A stretch of 63,984 bases of DNA, filler included, from Folioceros fuciformis (Eukaryota), in NCBI GenBank assembly GCA_049999805.1. It is 5 parts of 3 records of this genome, joined end to end, with 100 filler letters (N's around TTAATTAATTAA, not from the genome) between each part and the next. Parts side by side here need not be neighbours in the genome. Positions count along the whole stretch, not along the records: positions 32,694 to 55,595 come from JBNGIO010006230.1; positions 55,696 to 59,884 come from JBNGIO010006233.1; 3 more parts are not named here. One strand, given 5' to 3'. Made by a program: the position numbers and the translations under genes. Positions 47,779-57,959 of the stretch are shown one piece after another. The notes under the pieces were generated by a model that was not told the DNA's origin, searched no databases, and saw only the letters and a list, made by a program, of their open reading frames with translations. Position 1 is the first letter of the stretch. Every line of letters begins with the position of its first letter.

Positions 47779-50700
47779 GTGAGGAAGTTTTGTGAGGAGG
47801 GTCAGCTGGATAAGGCATTGGAGGCTCTGCTTCGCATGGACCAGGAAGGCACTGTGCCTTCGGTGCAGACATACAAGTACCTCTTGCAGGCATGCTCCGT
47901 TCGGAAGGCTCTAGATCAGGCCATACGAGTGCATACTCATATTATCGGACACGGGCTGGAGTCTGATGGTTGTTTGAGTGAAACTGTTGTGTGCACTCTT
48001 ATCAAGTGTGGAGGTCTGGTACATGCACTGGAGGTGTTCCGTGCACTGCCGGTCCGAACTGTTTCATCCTGGAATGCAGTTCTTTCGAGTTACATCAAGG
48101 GCGGGCAAGGTGGGGAGGCTTGGAGAATGTATGAGCAAATGATGGAACAAGGTGTGCAGCCAAATCGGTTCACATTTCTCACCATACTAAAAGCCTGTTG
48201 CAGCTCAGCAGACTTGGCGAAAGGGAAGCATGTACATGCTGACATAGTTCGGCATTCTTGTTTGTCCGATGTATGTGTTGGAAATTCGCTTATCCATATG
48301 TATGCAAGCTGTGGGAGCATTGTAGATGCACGTGGCGTGTTTGACTCGTTATGTGAGAGAAGTGTGGCGTCATGGAATGCAATGATTTCAGGATATGCTG
48401 AACAGGGGGACGGAGACAATGCATGGCAGCTGTATTCCCAAATGCAGGATCAAGGCATTAAGCCAGATGCTCGGACCTTTGTAAGTGTGCTCAAAGCGTG
48501 TAGGAGTCTTGCGGCTCATGAAGCTAGCAGCAGGGTTGGTAAGGAGTTAGTCAAACCGGAATTGCTGAAGAAGGTAAGGGTGATATATGCTGAAGTTGTC
48601 CGAATCGGAGAACCAGATGTTTATTTAGGCAGCTCCCTGGTTAACATGCTTGCAAGCTCTGGAAGCATGAGAGATGCACTTTGTGTGTTTGAAATGTTGC
48701 CAGAGCGCAATGTGGTGACGTGGAATGCCATGATTGCAAGGTATGCTGAACTCGAACAAGGTGAGGAAGCTTTGCAACTATACTTTCGAATGCTGGATGA
48801 GGGTATTACACCATCTGATCGGACTTTTGTCTGTGCGCTCAAAGCGTGCATCAGTCTCGCGGACAGAGAACCACCTATCCTGGTTGGTGGGCAGACCATG
48901 AAGCTGCACACGCTGCGAAAGGGGAAGCTTATATGTGCCGCTGCTGTCCAAAGTGGCTATGGATCTGATGTCTATGTTGGAAGCAGCATCATTGGTCTGT
49001 ACGCCAGCTGTGGGAGTATTGCAGAGGCCCAAGATGTTTTTAATAATTTGTCCCAGCGAAATGTGATGGCATGGAATGCAATGATTGCAGGATATGTTGC
49101 TCATAAACAAAATGAAGAAGCCTTGCATTTGTTCTCTGAAATGAAAAAGGACGGAATCCAGCCAGACTCTCGAACTTTTGTCAATGTCCTCAAAGCATGT
49201 AGTAACAACTCACAGAATGAACGAAGTGTTTTGGTGAGTGGTCAAGACATCAAAGCGAAGCCTTTGCAGCAGGGAATGGCATTGTATGATGAAGCCACTC
49301 AAAGAGGTTATGGGTCGAATCTGTTTGTTCTGAACACTCTTATCGATGTGTATGCGAAGTGTGGCAGTGTTGCAGATGCTCGACGAGTCTTTGACACTTT
49401 GCCAGAGCGCAACCTTGTTTCTTGGAATTCCATGATTGCTGGATATGCTGAGGGAGAGCTGGGTGATAGGGCTTTGGAACTGTATCAGGTCATGCGAAGG
49501 GAAGGTGTCAGACCAGACATTTGGACAATGGTCAGCTTGCTCAAGGCATGTAGCAGCCTTGCCATCAGGGAGTCAAGCACCCATGTTCAAGGCCACACAG
49601 TCAAAGTGAAGTCGTTGCAGAAGGGAAACGCCATTTATGCTCATGCTGTTCAGAATGGTTATGCATCAGACGTCTACATTATCAACAGTGCCATTGATAT
49701 GTATGCAAAGTGTGGGTGCCTTGTGGACGCAAGAAGTATATTTGACAATTCCTCTGAGCGCAACATAGTGTCCTGGAATGCCATGATGGCTGGATATGTG
49801 GAGCAGGAGAAAGTTGAGCCAGCTTTCCAACTATACTTTCAAATGCAAGTGAATGGTGTGAAACCAGACCTTCGGACCTTCATCACCGTGCTGAAGGCAT
49901 GCAGCATCAGTGCCACGCAAGACGAGGACACAGAGATGAATGCACAATTGGGTAGAAGAAACGCTGTCCAGATTGGGAAGGCAATACATGCTGAAGTAGT
50001 TCGAAGAGGATATGAATCAGACCTTTTCGTAAACAGCAGCCTTCTAACTATGTATGCTAACTGTGGGAGCATTACAGATGCACGGCAGGTGTTCGACTCA
50101 GTGTCCCAGAGGAATGTTGTGTCTTGGAATGCAATGATTGCAGGATATACACAGCTGGGATTCAGTAAGCAAGCTTTACAGCTGTTTGCACAGATGAAGG
50201 AGGAAGGCATCCGACCAGATTCGTGGACCCTTGTCGGTGCGATCAAAGCATGTGTTGAGAACGCGAGAAATGAATCAGGAATGGTACTAGATGGACATCC
50301 AGTCAAAGTGGAGTCTCTCAGGCAAGGGAAGGCAATACATGTGGAAGCGGTTGAGAGTGACCATGAGTCAGATGGGTTCGTTGGGAATTCGCTCATTTCG
50401 ATGTTCGCAAACTGTGGTAGCATGCTGGACGCATGCCATGTGTTTGACAGAATGCCGCAACGTAATGTTGTATCCTGGAATGCAATGATTGCCGGGTATT
50501 GTGAGCTGCAACATTATGAGAAGGCGTTTCAGCTCTACACTCAAATGCAGGAGGCAAGGTTCAGACCAGATGAAGCAACGTTCCTCTGCATCCTTAGAGC
50601 GTGTAGCAATGTGGGGGCCCTGGATGTTTGCATTCAGATCCATCGTAATGTGATCGAAACTGGATATCAGTTGACTGGCGTGCTAGCTTCTGCTCTTTGT

Positions 50701-51429
50701 CATGCGTACTGCAAGTGTGGGAGCATGGCAGATGCTCAGAAGGCGTTTGACTCCATGCCTCGTCCAGGAGCGATTACATGGAACACATTGATCTCGGGAT
50801 ACGCGCGACAGGGAGACTGTGACAAAAGCATCTTATGCTTTGAGAGAATGCAGCAGGCAGGGGTCAAACCGGATGCAGTCACTTTCGTTTCACTTCTCTC
50901 CGCATGCACCCATGCGTGCATGGTTGTCAAAGGTGTTGGGTACTTCGAGTCCATGTCCAAAATTCACGGTATCATCCCAGAAATGGAGCATTACGCAGGC
51001 ATGGTAGATCTGCTCGGCCGAGCAGGACTTCTAGGAAAGGCAGAGCAGGTGGTCATGGGTATGCCCATGCAGCCCTCAGTATCTGTGTGGCTGTCATTGC
51101 TTGGTTCCTGCCGGAAACACGGCAACGTGGACATGGGACGACGAGCCTTCGACAGCCTGCTCTGCTTAGAACCCACACACGCTGCGGCGCACATGATCAT
51201 GTCATCCATATACTCCCAAGCCGGAATGTGGGATTCCGCGAAAGAGATAGACGAGCTTAGAAAGGAAGCAGGGGCTCACAAGAAACCCGGATTGAGCTGG
51301 ATTGAATATAACCACGAGGTGCACCAGTTCCTCGTGGAAGACACCAGACACTCCCAGAAGGAGCACATCTATCGAAAGGTTGCAGATCTAGGGTCACAAA
51401 TGAAGGCAGAGGAGCGTGCTTCTGAATGA
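47779..51429 (+). CDS. PLS-class pentatricopeptide repeat protein, E+ type (E1-E2 plus truncated DYW with PG box), probable organellar RNA-editing specificity factor; 5' exon(s) probably upstream
   Basis: Repeated VVSWNAMI.GY / G..PD..TF...LKAC / L..MYA.CGS..DA..VFD triplets, HYAGMVDLLGRAG, VWLSLLGSCRKHG, KKPGLSWIE; stops before the HxE/CxxC deaminase motifs. The frame is open from an AG acceptor at 47747; the ORF-track start is a GTG. Confidence 0.95.
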   Translation: MRKFCEEGQLDKALEALLRMDQEGTVPSVQTYKYLLQACSVRKALDQAIRVHTHIIGHGLESDGCLSETVVCTLIKCGGLVHALEVFRALPVRTVSSWNAVLSSYIKGGQGGEAWRMYEQMMEQGVQPNRFTFLTILKACCSSADLAKGKHVHADIVRHSCLSDVCVGNSLIHMYASCGSIVDARGVFDSLCERSVASWNAMISGYAEQGDGDNAWQLYSQMQDQGIKPDARTFVSVLKACRSLAAHEASSRVGKELVKPELLKKVRVIYAEVVRIGEPDVYLGSSLVNMLASSGSMRDALCVFEMLPERNVVTWNAMIARYAELEQGEEALQLYFRMLDEGITPSDRTFVCALKACISLADREPPILVGGQTMKLHTLRKGKLICAAAVQSGYGSDVYVGSSIIGLYASCGSIAEAQDVFNNLSQRNVMAWNAMIAGYVAHKQNEEALHLFSEMKKDGIQPDSRTFVNVLKACSNNSQNERSVLVSGQDIKAKPLQQGMALYDEATQRGYGSNLFVLNTLIDVYAKCGSVADARRVFDTLPERNLVSWNSMIAGYAEGELGDRALELYQVMRREGVRPDIWTMVSLLKACSSLAIRESSTHVQGHTVKVKSLQKGNAIYAHAVQNGYASDVYIINSAIDMYAKCGCLVDARSIFDNSSERNIVSWNAMMAGYVEQEKVEPAFQLYFQMQVNGVKPDLRTFITVLKACSISATQDEDTEMNAQLGRRNAVQIGKAIHAEVVRRGYESDLFVNSSLLTMYANCGSITDARQVFDSVSQRNVVSWNAMIAGYTQLGFSKQALQLFAQMKEEGIRPDSWTLVGAIKACVENARNESGMVLDGHPVKVESLRQGKAIHVEAVESDHESDGFVGNSLISMFANCGSMLDACHVFDRMPQRNVVSWNAMIAGYCELQHYEKAFQLYTQMQEARFRPDEATFLCILRACSNVGALDVCIQIHRNVIETGYQLTGVLASALCHAYCKCGSMADAQKAFDSMPRPGAITWNTLISGYARQGDCDKSILCFERMQQAGVKPDAVTFVSLLSACTHACMVVKGVGYFESMSKIHGIIPEMEHYAGMVDLLGRAGLLGKAEQVVMGMPMQPSVSVWLSLLGSCRKHGNVDMGRRAFDSLLCLEPTHAAAHMIMSSIYSQAGMWDSAKEIDELRKEAGAHKKPGLSWIEYNHEVHQFLVEDTRHSQKEHIYRKVADLGSQMKAEERASE

Positions 51430-52539
51430 ATATTTTTCTCGTCACCTCTTTCCAACTCACCTCAATCCATCGCCTCACATGCACACCGATGGCAGCGACA
51501 GCATCAGCAACGACCACATGACTTCTGTAACCCCGCCGTCATGACTCACGCTCTGTCAAAACTGGCCCACACTGCACGGAACTACCTCCCGCTATCCTGC
51601 ATGGGAACGATCTTCCCGTAACCCGAAACAATGCCACCAGTAGTGGACAAACTACGAGTGAGGAATGCAAAAACACATTTTCATCCTCGAGTCGGTGGAG
51701 AAGGGCTGTACGTCAGTAACTACCAAAATACTTACATTGTACCCTTGCTCTTCGATTCGGTGGACGAAGCTCTTCCTCAGACAGGACGTGTCGTACCCAG
51801 GCATCCCCTGCGCCACTGAAATGAAAAGCAATCCATTCAAAAGGCACGCAGCGGGCAAATGCAAGTGCGAGCTGAGGCGGCAGAGGACTTTGTCTTACGC
51901 CTACCGCATACACACCTGCAGCCTGTGGCCCTGGACCGTATCAGGGGCCTTTGACGATGAGGCCGGATTGCGGAGACAGTTTAGGACTCTCTTGTTCACG
52001 GCGCCGCCAGGGAAACTCGTGCCCCAGCCAAGATTGAGCAGGAGGAGGGAGCCGGGCCCTGTCTCGTCTTTGATTTCCTGTCTTGCGTCTCCTCCTTAAC
52101 GGTGGGGAAGTTATATTCTTTTTTCTGTAATTTATTTTTGTGTATAGTATCTGTTTATTGTCTTATTTCACTGTGTTGTTATGGTTTGTCATCGCCTCTT
52201 GGACGACAATGATTTGCTGTTGGATTTTATTTTCTTTGTAGTTCTTTTCTCTACGATGAGTCTAGTTTTGAACCACTTACTATCTAAGCAAGTAGAGCAA
52301 GGAATGGTGGAAATCCTTTTTTGCAAACCTTACTATTAGGAGATGTACATGAGCATGGCATGGTAATAGAGCTAAGGCGTCAGTGTTCAATGTCGATTTG
52401 CTTGTACAATATTGTATCCAAAATTCTTAGTTGTGTTTAAGCTATTCGAAACCATTAGTGTAAGTAAAGTAGTTAGACATATCAGTCGATCCCTAGCTCT
52501 ATGACCATGGAGGTATGTCCAGTGGAATGTGTTTCAAGC

Positions 52540-53062
52540 TCCTCTTCTTATTGTGGTTGCCACCTAATAGTCTGCCTGCTCTTGGCTTGTACCTCCTCCT
52601 ATTATGGTTTCCTAGCTCATCTCCTCTTTACTTGTGCCTCTTCCTATTGTGGTTGCCACCTAGTAGCCCATTTCCTCTTTGCTTGTGCCTCTTCCTATTG
52701 TGGTTGCCACCTAATAGCTCATCTCCTCTTTGTTTGTGCCTCTTCCTATTGTGGTTGCCACTTAATAGAGTATCTCCTCTTTGCATTTACCTCTTCCCAT
52801 TGTGGTTGCCAACTAATAGCCCACCTCCTCTTTGCTTGTGCCTCTTCCCATTGTGGTTGCCACCTAATAGTTCATCTCCTCTTTCCTTATGCCTCTTCCT
52901 ATTGTGGTTGCCACCTAGTAGCCCATCTCCTCTTTGCTTGTGCTTATTCCTATTATGGTTGCCATCTAATAGCCCATCTCCTCTTGGCTTGTGTCTCTTC
53001 CTATTGTGGTTGCCATCTAATAACCCATGTCCTTTTGGCTTGTGTCTCTTCCCATTATGGTT
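52540..53062. repeat. 51-bp minisatellite, about 10 copies
   Basis: Consensus CCTCTTCCTATTGTGGTTGCCACCTAATAGCCCATCTCCTCTTTGCTTGTG; the second copy has a 6-bp deletion. Confidence 0.95.
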
Positions 53063-53319
53063 GATTATCATTATTATTATAGCCTCGATCTATGAATACC
53101 TTTCCACATAGAGGACAAGGAGTGTTCTTGGCGGAATCTGACGAAGCAGGATCCATGCCCCTTGGTCTACTCCAAACCTACTCATTCCTTCCCTGGTCCA
53201 TAACACTCAAAACACTCAAACAAAAAAGAGGAAAAGATAACGATAAAAATTGCAAAAAGTCTATACCCTCCTACAATGAAGCTCCATGCCCATGGTAATT
53301 GGAGAAACCGATCATTGTT

Positions 53320-53619
53320 CGTCATCATATGGATTTGATGCACAAGGATTTTGATTGGTCTACACGGGAGGCCCAACTTAGACATGCTTCTTCTTCTTCT
53401 TTGGTGGCCCCTAGGGGCGCTGGCGAGAGTAACCTTCATTCCCCTTCTTCGGAATCATGGCAATGGTTGTCGGTTCAATCTGGTCACCTCTTGGCATTAT
53501 TTGACACACGCTTCCTAGGACCGCGTCTCTTCCGACACCTCCCACAGCGCCTTCATGATGATGTTTGCTTGGCGTATCGACCTTCTTTGGAGCGGCTGGC
53601 GCTAGATCCCAAAGATTAG
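53320..53619 (+). mobile_element. N-terminal fragment of a CRE-like non-LTR element, inverted relative to the adjacent larger copy
   Basis: HKDFDWSTREAQLRHASSS..WQWLSVQSGHLLALFDTRF..PRLFRHLPQRLHDD aligns with HKDFDRTTWVTQVRLASSS..WLWIRGQSDHLLALFHARF..PGLFQRLPRRLYDD in ORF 55134-55550 (-). Confidence 0.85.
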
Positions 53620-53630
53620 GAACTTGATTG

Positions 53631-55550
53631 TTAACTTGATAAGAAAAATGGAGAAGGCGCAACAGTTCTAGTGAGATAACCTGGTCGCTGTGCAAAACAA
53701 GAAGAAAGGATACCAAACGCAATTTGAGGATCATCGATTTGTGAGAGGTCCATAATATGAGCCAAATCTTCATCCAATGCTTCATCCACAAACCTATGAA
53801 CAAAATGAGGAGGTCCCACAGGCACACCCAAGACTCGAAGTCCCTGCAAGAGGGTGATATCCCCCCCCAAATATTGAAGGGGGGGAGTGATGCTTGAAGG
53901 GGACCAAACCCTACATTTAGATAGCTTGACCCGCAACCCCGCTTTGGAGAGGTTTGATGAGAAGAAATCAAATGCTGCTTTGACTGTGACTCTTTGCCCA
54001 AGAATATGAGTGTCATCAGCCACGGAAGGGAAAAGGTATTCCTGAAATGCTAAGGCAGTAGAGGACAACGCACGAAAATGTGCCATTGCAAAAAGAGCAC
54101 CCCCCAGCGGATCCCCTTGCCTTGTGCCTGTTGCTGAATCAAAAATTGAGACCCCCTCAATAGTCGGGCCGTGTTGGTAGTAGAGCTTGGATGGCAAGCC
54201 ATAGAAGGAGCGAACAAAAGGGATAAGACTTGCCAATTGACCTCCTGCACTCTTGAGCTCTAAGAAGATGGCGACCCTAGAGACGGTGTTGAAAGCATTC
54301 TCAATATCAACCTGCAAAGCTACCTAGTAAGGATGTAACTCAAGGGTGGCCTGGATGCCGAGAGCGGTACATTCACACCCACCTGAGGTAGCAATCCCAA
54401 ATTGGTGGGGTGTAAGATGCTCTTGGAAGTACTCTCGAAGTTGAATTGCGATACTTCGACTGATAAGGCGCAAAAATACCTCCCGCACAACAATAGGGCG
54501 CATTCCTGAGGTGGGCTTTTCCAATGCAAGTAGCCTACTAGCCGCCAAAACTTGAGAGATTCGATTGGGAACTTCGCCCCTAGCCACAGCAGCTGCTAGT
54601 GTATAAAGCTCCGAAAAACCACTTGAGGGATCCTCAGGAGAAAAATAATCTAAAAAATGGTCATAAATTGTGCCACACAAACTCCAGCAGAAAGTTGCGG
54701 CGCAGAAGAGAGTGCATGCCCAAAAACAACCTTATCCAAGCAAAAAGGCTCCTCAAACGTGTAGTCAAGAAGATATTGCGGTATAGTGTTATGAGGTTCT
54801 AGATGAAGGGCACGAAGTGCAGCAATGGTGTCCTCAGTTGCAGATGCAGCCAACTCTGGGCCCAATGCTCTAGCAGCCCGAGCATATTCCCCATCCCTGC
54901 CCAACATGAGACACCGCTTGAGACGTGCTTTAAATGGGTTATGGCACACCTTGTTAACCTTAGCTGACTCCAATCGAGATTTTGCTGCTAGTAAATCCTC
55001 CTCTTGCAGAGCTTGCCAATCTCCGGATCGAAAACGGCGAAGTCTAGAGGCCACCTCCCTATGACCTGATGGACCACCCCTAGAGTACCGAAGGCACCAT
55101 CTAGGTAGGAAAAGGAACAAAATCCAAGCACCCTCATCCCTCGAGTCCCGAGCAAGGCAATCCAAGGGAAACAAGGCGAATATCATCATATAGGCGCCTA
55201 GGGAGACGTTGGAAGAGGCCAGGACATGGAAAACGAGCATGGAAAAGAGCCAACAAGTGATCAGATTGCCCTCGAATCCACAACCAAGCCTCCGGGAACG
55301 GCCCTAGAGGATCTGTTAGAAGAGGATTGGCACCTGGTTTAGAGGAAGAAGCAAGTCGCACTTGTGTCACCCAAGTGGTCCTATCGAAGTCCTTATGCTT
55401 GTGACCAATATGGCATTTCATCCCCTTGACCTTGCAGCAAAGTTGAGAACACACTGGGCAAGGGGTGTCCTTGACAAGTAAAGGCTGGGTGCCACGTGCT
55501 ATGTGATAGAGGTGTGTAGAAAGTCTTGTAAAATAATCAAAACCAAACAA
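53631..55550 (-). mobile_element. CRE-like (RLE-clade) non-LTR retrotransposon, decayed by frameshifts and stops: N-terminal C2H2 zinc finger plus reverse transcriptase, 3'-truncated
   Basis: CPVCSQLC..KGMKCHIGHKH zinc finger; RT motifs LLALEKPTSGMRPI, PHQFGIATSGGCE, VDIENAFN, GTRQGDPLGGALF, SVADDTHILG, GLRVKLSKC, GLRVLGVPVG. Confidence 0.88.
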
Positions 55551-55595
55551 TTATACTCCTCTTTGTAACCCATAACCCTATAATGCCCTTCATAA

Positions 55596-55695
55596 NNNNN
55601 NNNNNNNNNNNNNNNNNNNNNNNNNNNNNNNNNNNNNNNTTAATTAATTAANNNNNNNNNNNNNNNNNNNNNNNNNNNNNNNNNNNNNNNNNNNN
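55596..55695. other. Artificial contig linker
   Basis: N44-TTAATTAATTAA-N44. Confidence 0.95.
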
Positions 55696-56885
55696 CTAAC
55701 ACATGCCTTGCCACGCCGTGACATTGCATTAGCCTCGCTAGTTTGCCTTGCATTAGCCTCGCTAGGAAGCCTTGCATTAGCCTCGCTAGTTAGCCTTGCA
55801 CTAGCCTCGCTAGGAAGCCTTGGCATTACATGTTGGCATGCCGCTCGAGCACGCAACTCACCCTCGATGCCCCTCTCGATCTTTGATTTAGTCTATGGCA
55901 TGGGGTCGCCCCTCCCGTGCTTGCTTGCGTCACTTTCCTTTGGGCAAGGTCGAACCCTAACACATGCCTTGCCACGCCATGGCATTGCGCTGCGAACCCT
56001 AATTCTCCGTCAGCCATGGCCACCATGGTAGGCCACTATCCTACCATCAAAAGTTGATAGGGCAGATATTTGAATGAGCAACTCACCCTCGGTGCCCCTC
56101 TCGAGCTTTGATTTAGGAAGCCTTGGCATCACATGTTGGCATGCCGCTCGAGTGAGCATCTCACCCTCGATGCCCTTCTCGAGCTTTGCTTTAGTCTATA
56201 GCACGGGGTCGCCCCTCCCGTGCTTGCTTGCGTCACTTTCCTCTGGGCAAGGTCGAACCCTAACACATGCCTTGGCACGCCGTGGCATTGCGCTGCGAAC
56301 CCTAATTCTCCGTCAGCCATGGCCACCATGGTAGGCCACTATCCTACCATCAAAAGTTGATAGGGCAGATATTTGAATGAGCAACTCACCCTCGATGCCC
56401 CGCTCGAGCTTTGATTTAGGAAGCCTTGGCATCACATGTTGCCGCTCGAGTGAGCAACTCACCCTCGATGCCCCTCTCGAGCTTTGCTTTAGTCTATAGC
56501 ACGGGGTCGCCCCTCCCGTGCTTGCTTGCGTCACTTTCCTCTGGGCAAGGTCGAACCCTAACACATGCCTTGGCACGCCGTGGCATTGNNNNNNNNNNNN
56601 NNNNNNNNNNNNNNNNNNNNNNNNNNNNNNNNNNNNNNNNNNNNNNNNNNNNNNNNNNNNNNNNNNNNNNNNNNNNNNNNNNNNNNNNATGCCCCGCTCG
56701 AGCTTTGATTTAGGAAGCCTTGGCATCACATGTTGCCGCTCGAGTGAGCAACTCACCCTCGATGCCCCTCTCGAGCTTTGCTTTAGTCTATAGCACGGGG
56801 TCGCCCCTCCCGTGCTTGCTTGCGTCACTTTCCTCTGGGCAAGGTCGAACCCTAACACATGCCTTGCCACGCCGTGGCATTCCAT
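55696..56885 (-). repeat. rDNA intergenic spacer subrepeats downstream of the 26S 3' end, including 18S-derived modules
   Basis: Repeated units (GCCGCTCGAG..CAACTCACCCTCGATGCCC.., GGGGTCGCCCCTCCCGTGCTTGCTTGCGTCAC..GGTCGAACCCTAACACATGCC). 55696-56441 matches 59139-59884. Confidence 0.9.
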
Positions 56886-57073
56886 TGGTGTCAGCGTGAG
56901 CCCATGGCATTGCCTGCATGGCCAAGCAGAGTCCGAGATGACTGCCAAGTGCCGATGAGGTCGAGCAAAACATAGTGTGTGAGATATTGTTCTCCGAAAA
57001 AAAAACACCAAGTGTAGGAGATTAGCCTCGCCGGGCTGAAGGAAGAAAAAACAAAAGGATGGAAGGGGGAGGG

Positions 57074-57100
57074 ACGAATCGAAGCGACGCAGGGCTGAAT
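57074..57100 (-). rRNA. 3' end of 26S (25S) rRNA; rest collapsed into the N10 gap
   Basis: Reverse complement ATTCAGCCCTGCGTCGCTTCGATTCGT followed by the pyrimidine tract CCCTCCCCCTTCC, typical of the plant LSU 3' end. Confidence 0.85.
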
Positions 57101-57110
57101 NNNNNNNNNN

Positions 57111-57146
57111 GACAAGCATATGACTACTGGCAGGATCAACCAGGTA
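57111..57146 (-). rRNA. 5' end of 18S rRNA; rest collapsed into the N10 gap
   Basis: Reverse complement TACCTGGTTGATCCTGCCAGTAGTCATATGCTTGTC, the conserved eukaryotic SSU start. Confidence 0.97.
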
Positions 57147-57880
57147 GCATTCCTTTGACAACGCTGGCACCGCGCAGGGAGACCTGCAGCGAGCACAGCA
57201 GTCGTACATGTCTAGCGACAAAACGCTTGAAATTGGACGTCAAGGGTGCAAAGACCCCAAGCCCACCGAATGTTCTGTATCCGAGACATCAAGCAGCAAC
57301 CTGGGAACCGTCGCAAGGTGCACACCCCAAAAGGCATGCCAATGCAAGGGGCACAGGCACTACTACGATGTCCTTCCCCTAACCGGATGGCTCAGGGAAG
57401 GAAAGGGTCGACAAGAGGCACCATTCCTTTACAATAGGTAGCAAATACAGGAATCCATTCAAAGCACAAGAAATTCTTGATGCATCACTGACGTGGAGCA
57501 TGCGCTGACAGTTCAATGCCTAAGCAATGAGCCCGCCAACCCACACAACCAATTCACCACTCACACACCGTTACGTTAGCAAAGCCCAACAACACTAAAC
57601 AAACCACACCCCTAGCTTGCACAAATGCTAGCTAGCAATGCGGAAAATCAAGTGAAGCCAAGCCAAGCACCGCTCGGTATGACAGAAAACAAAAGCTAAT
57701 CCGAAACAATGTCGTCCACCACGACACCCTTCCGCCCCTCCCACATGCAATGTGCTCACAATTTCATCCGGGGCAACATATTGTGAGCAAAAAACGTGTG
57801 GGGGGGCAGCAGGGGGGGTGCAGGGGCTGCTGGAGGTGCTGCCTGCTTGGGGGTCAAAAGTCAGGCAAACACCTCTCCCC
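57147..57880 (-). other. 5' external transcribed spacer (5'ETS) of the 35S/45S pre-rRNA
   Basis: Lies between the putative Pol I start motif and the 18S 5' end. Confidence 0.8.
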
Positions 57881-57888
57881 TATAGAGC
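57873..57888 (-). promoter_or_regulatory. RNA polymerase I transcription initiation site
   Basis: Reverse complement GCTCTATAGGGGAGAG matches the plant TATA(G)GGG initiation consensus; ~735 bp upstream of 18S and downstream of an AT-rich block. Confidence 0.8.
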
Positions 57889-57959
57889 ATATCGGGCTTA
57901 CATGAAAGGGGCAGGGGGAAACATCAATATATCCGAGGAGACTAATTGGCCATAACTAA

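Noticed and set aside
52540-53062. CRISPR-like array (also considered for 30255-30407 and the IGS repeats)
   Set aside because: Units are contiguous with no unique spacers, no cas genes are present, and the context is a plant nuclear genome.
52501-53111. Cys/His-rich or Leu/Pro-rich repeat proteins (ORFs 52501-53064, 52515-53111, 52787-53071)
   Set aside because: Overlapping frames stay open only because the minisatellite unit is 51 bp; there is no unique domain or other coding evidence.
55560-55595. Telomeric repeats next to the CRE-like element (TAACCCATAACCCTA)
   Set aside because: Only two degenerate units at a contig end; too little to claim telomere targeting.
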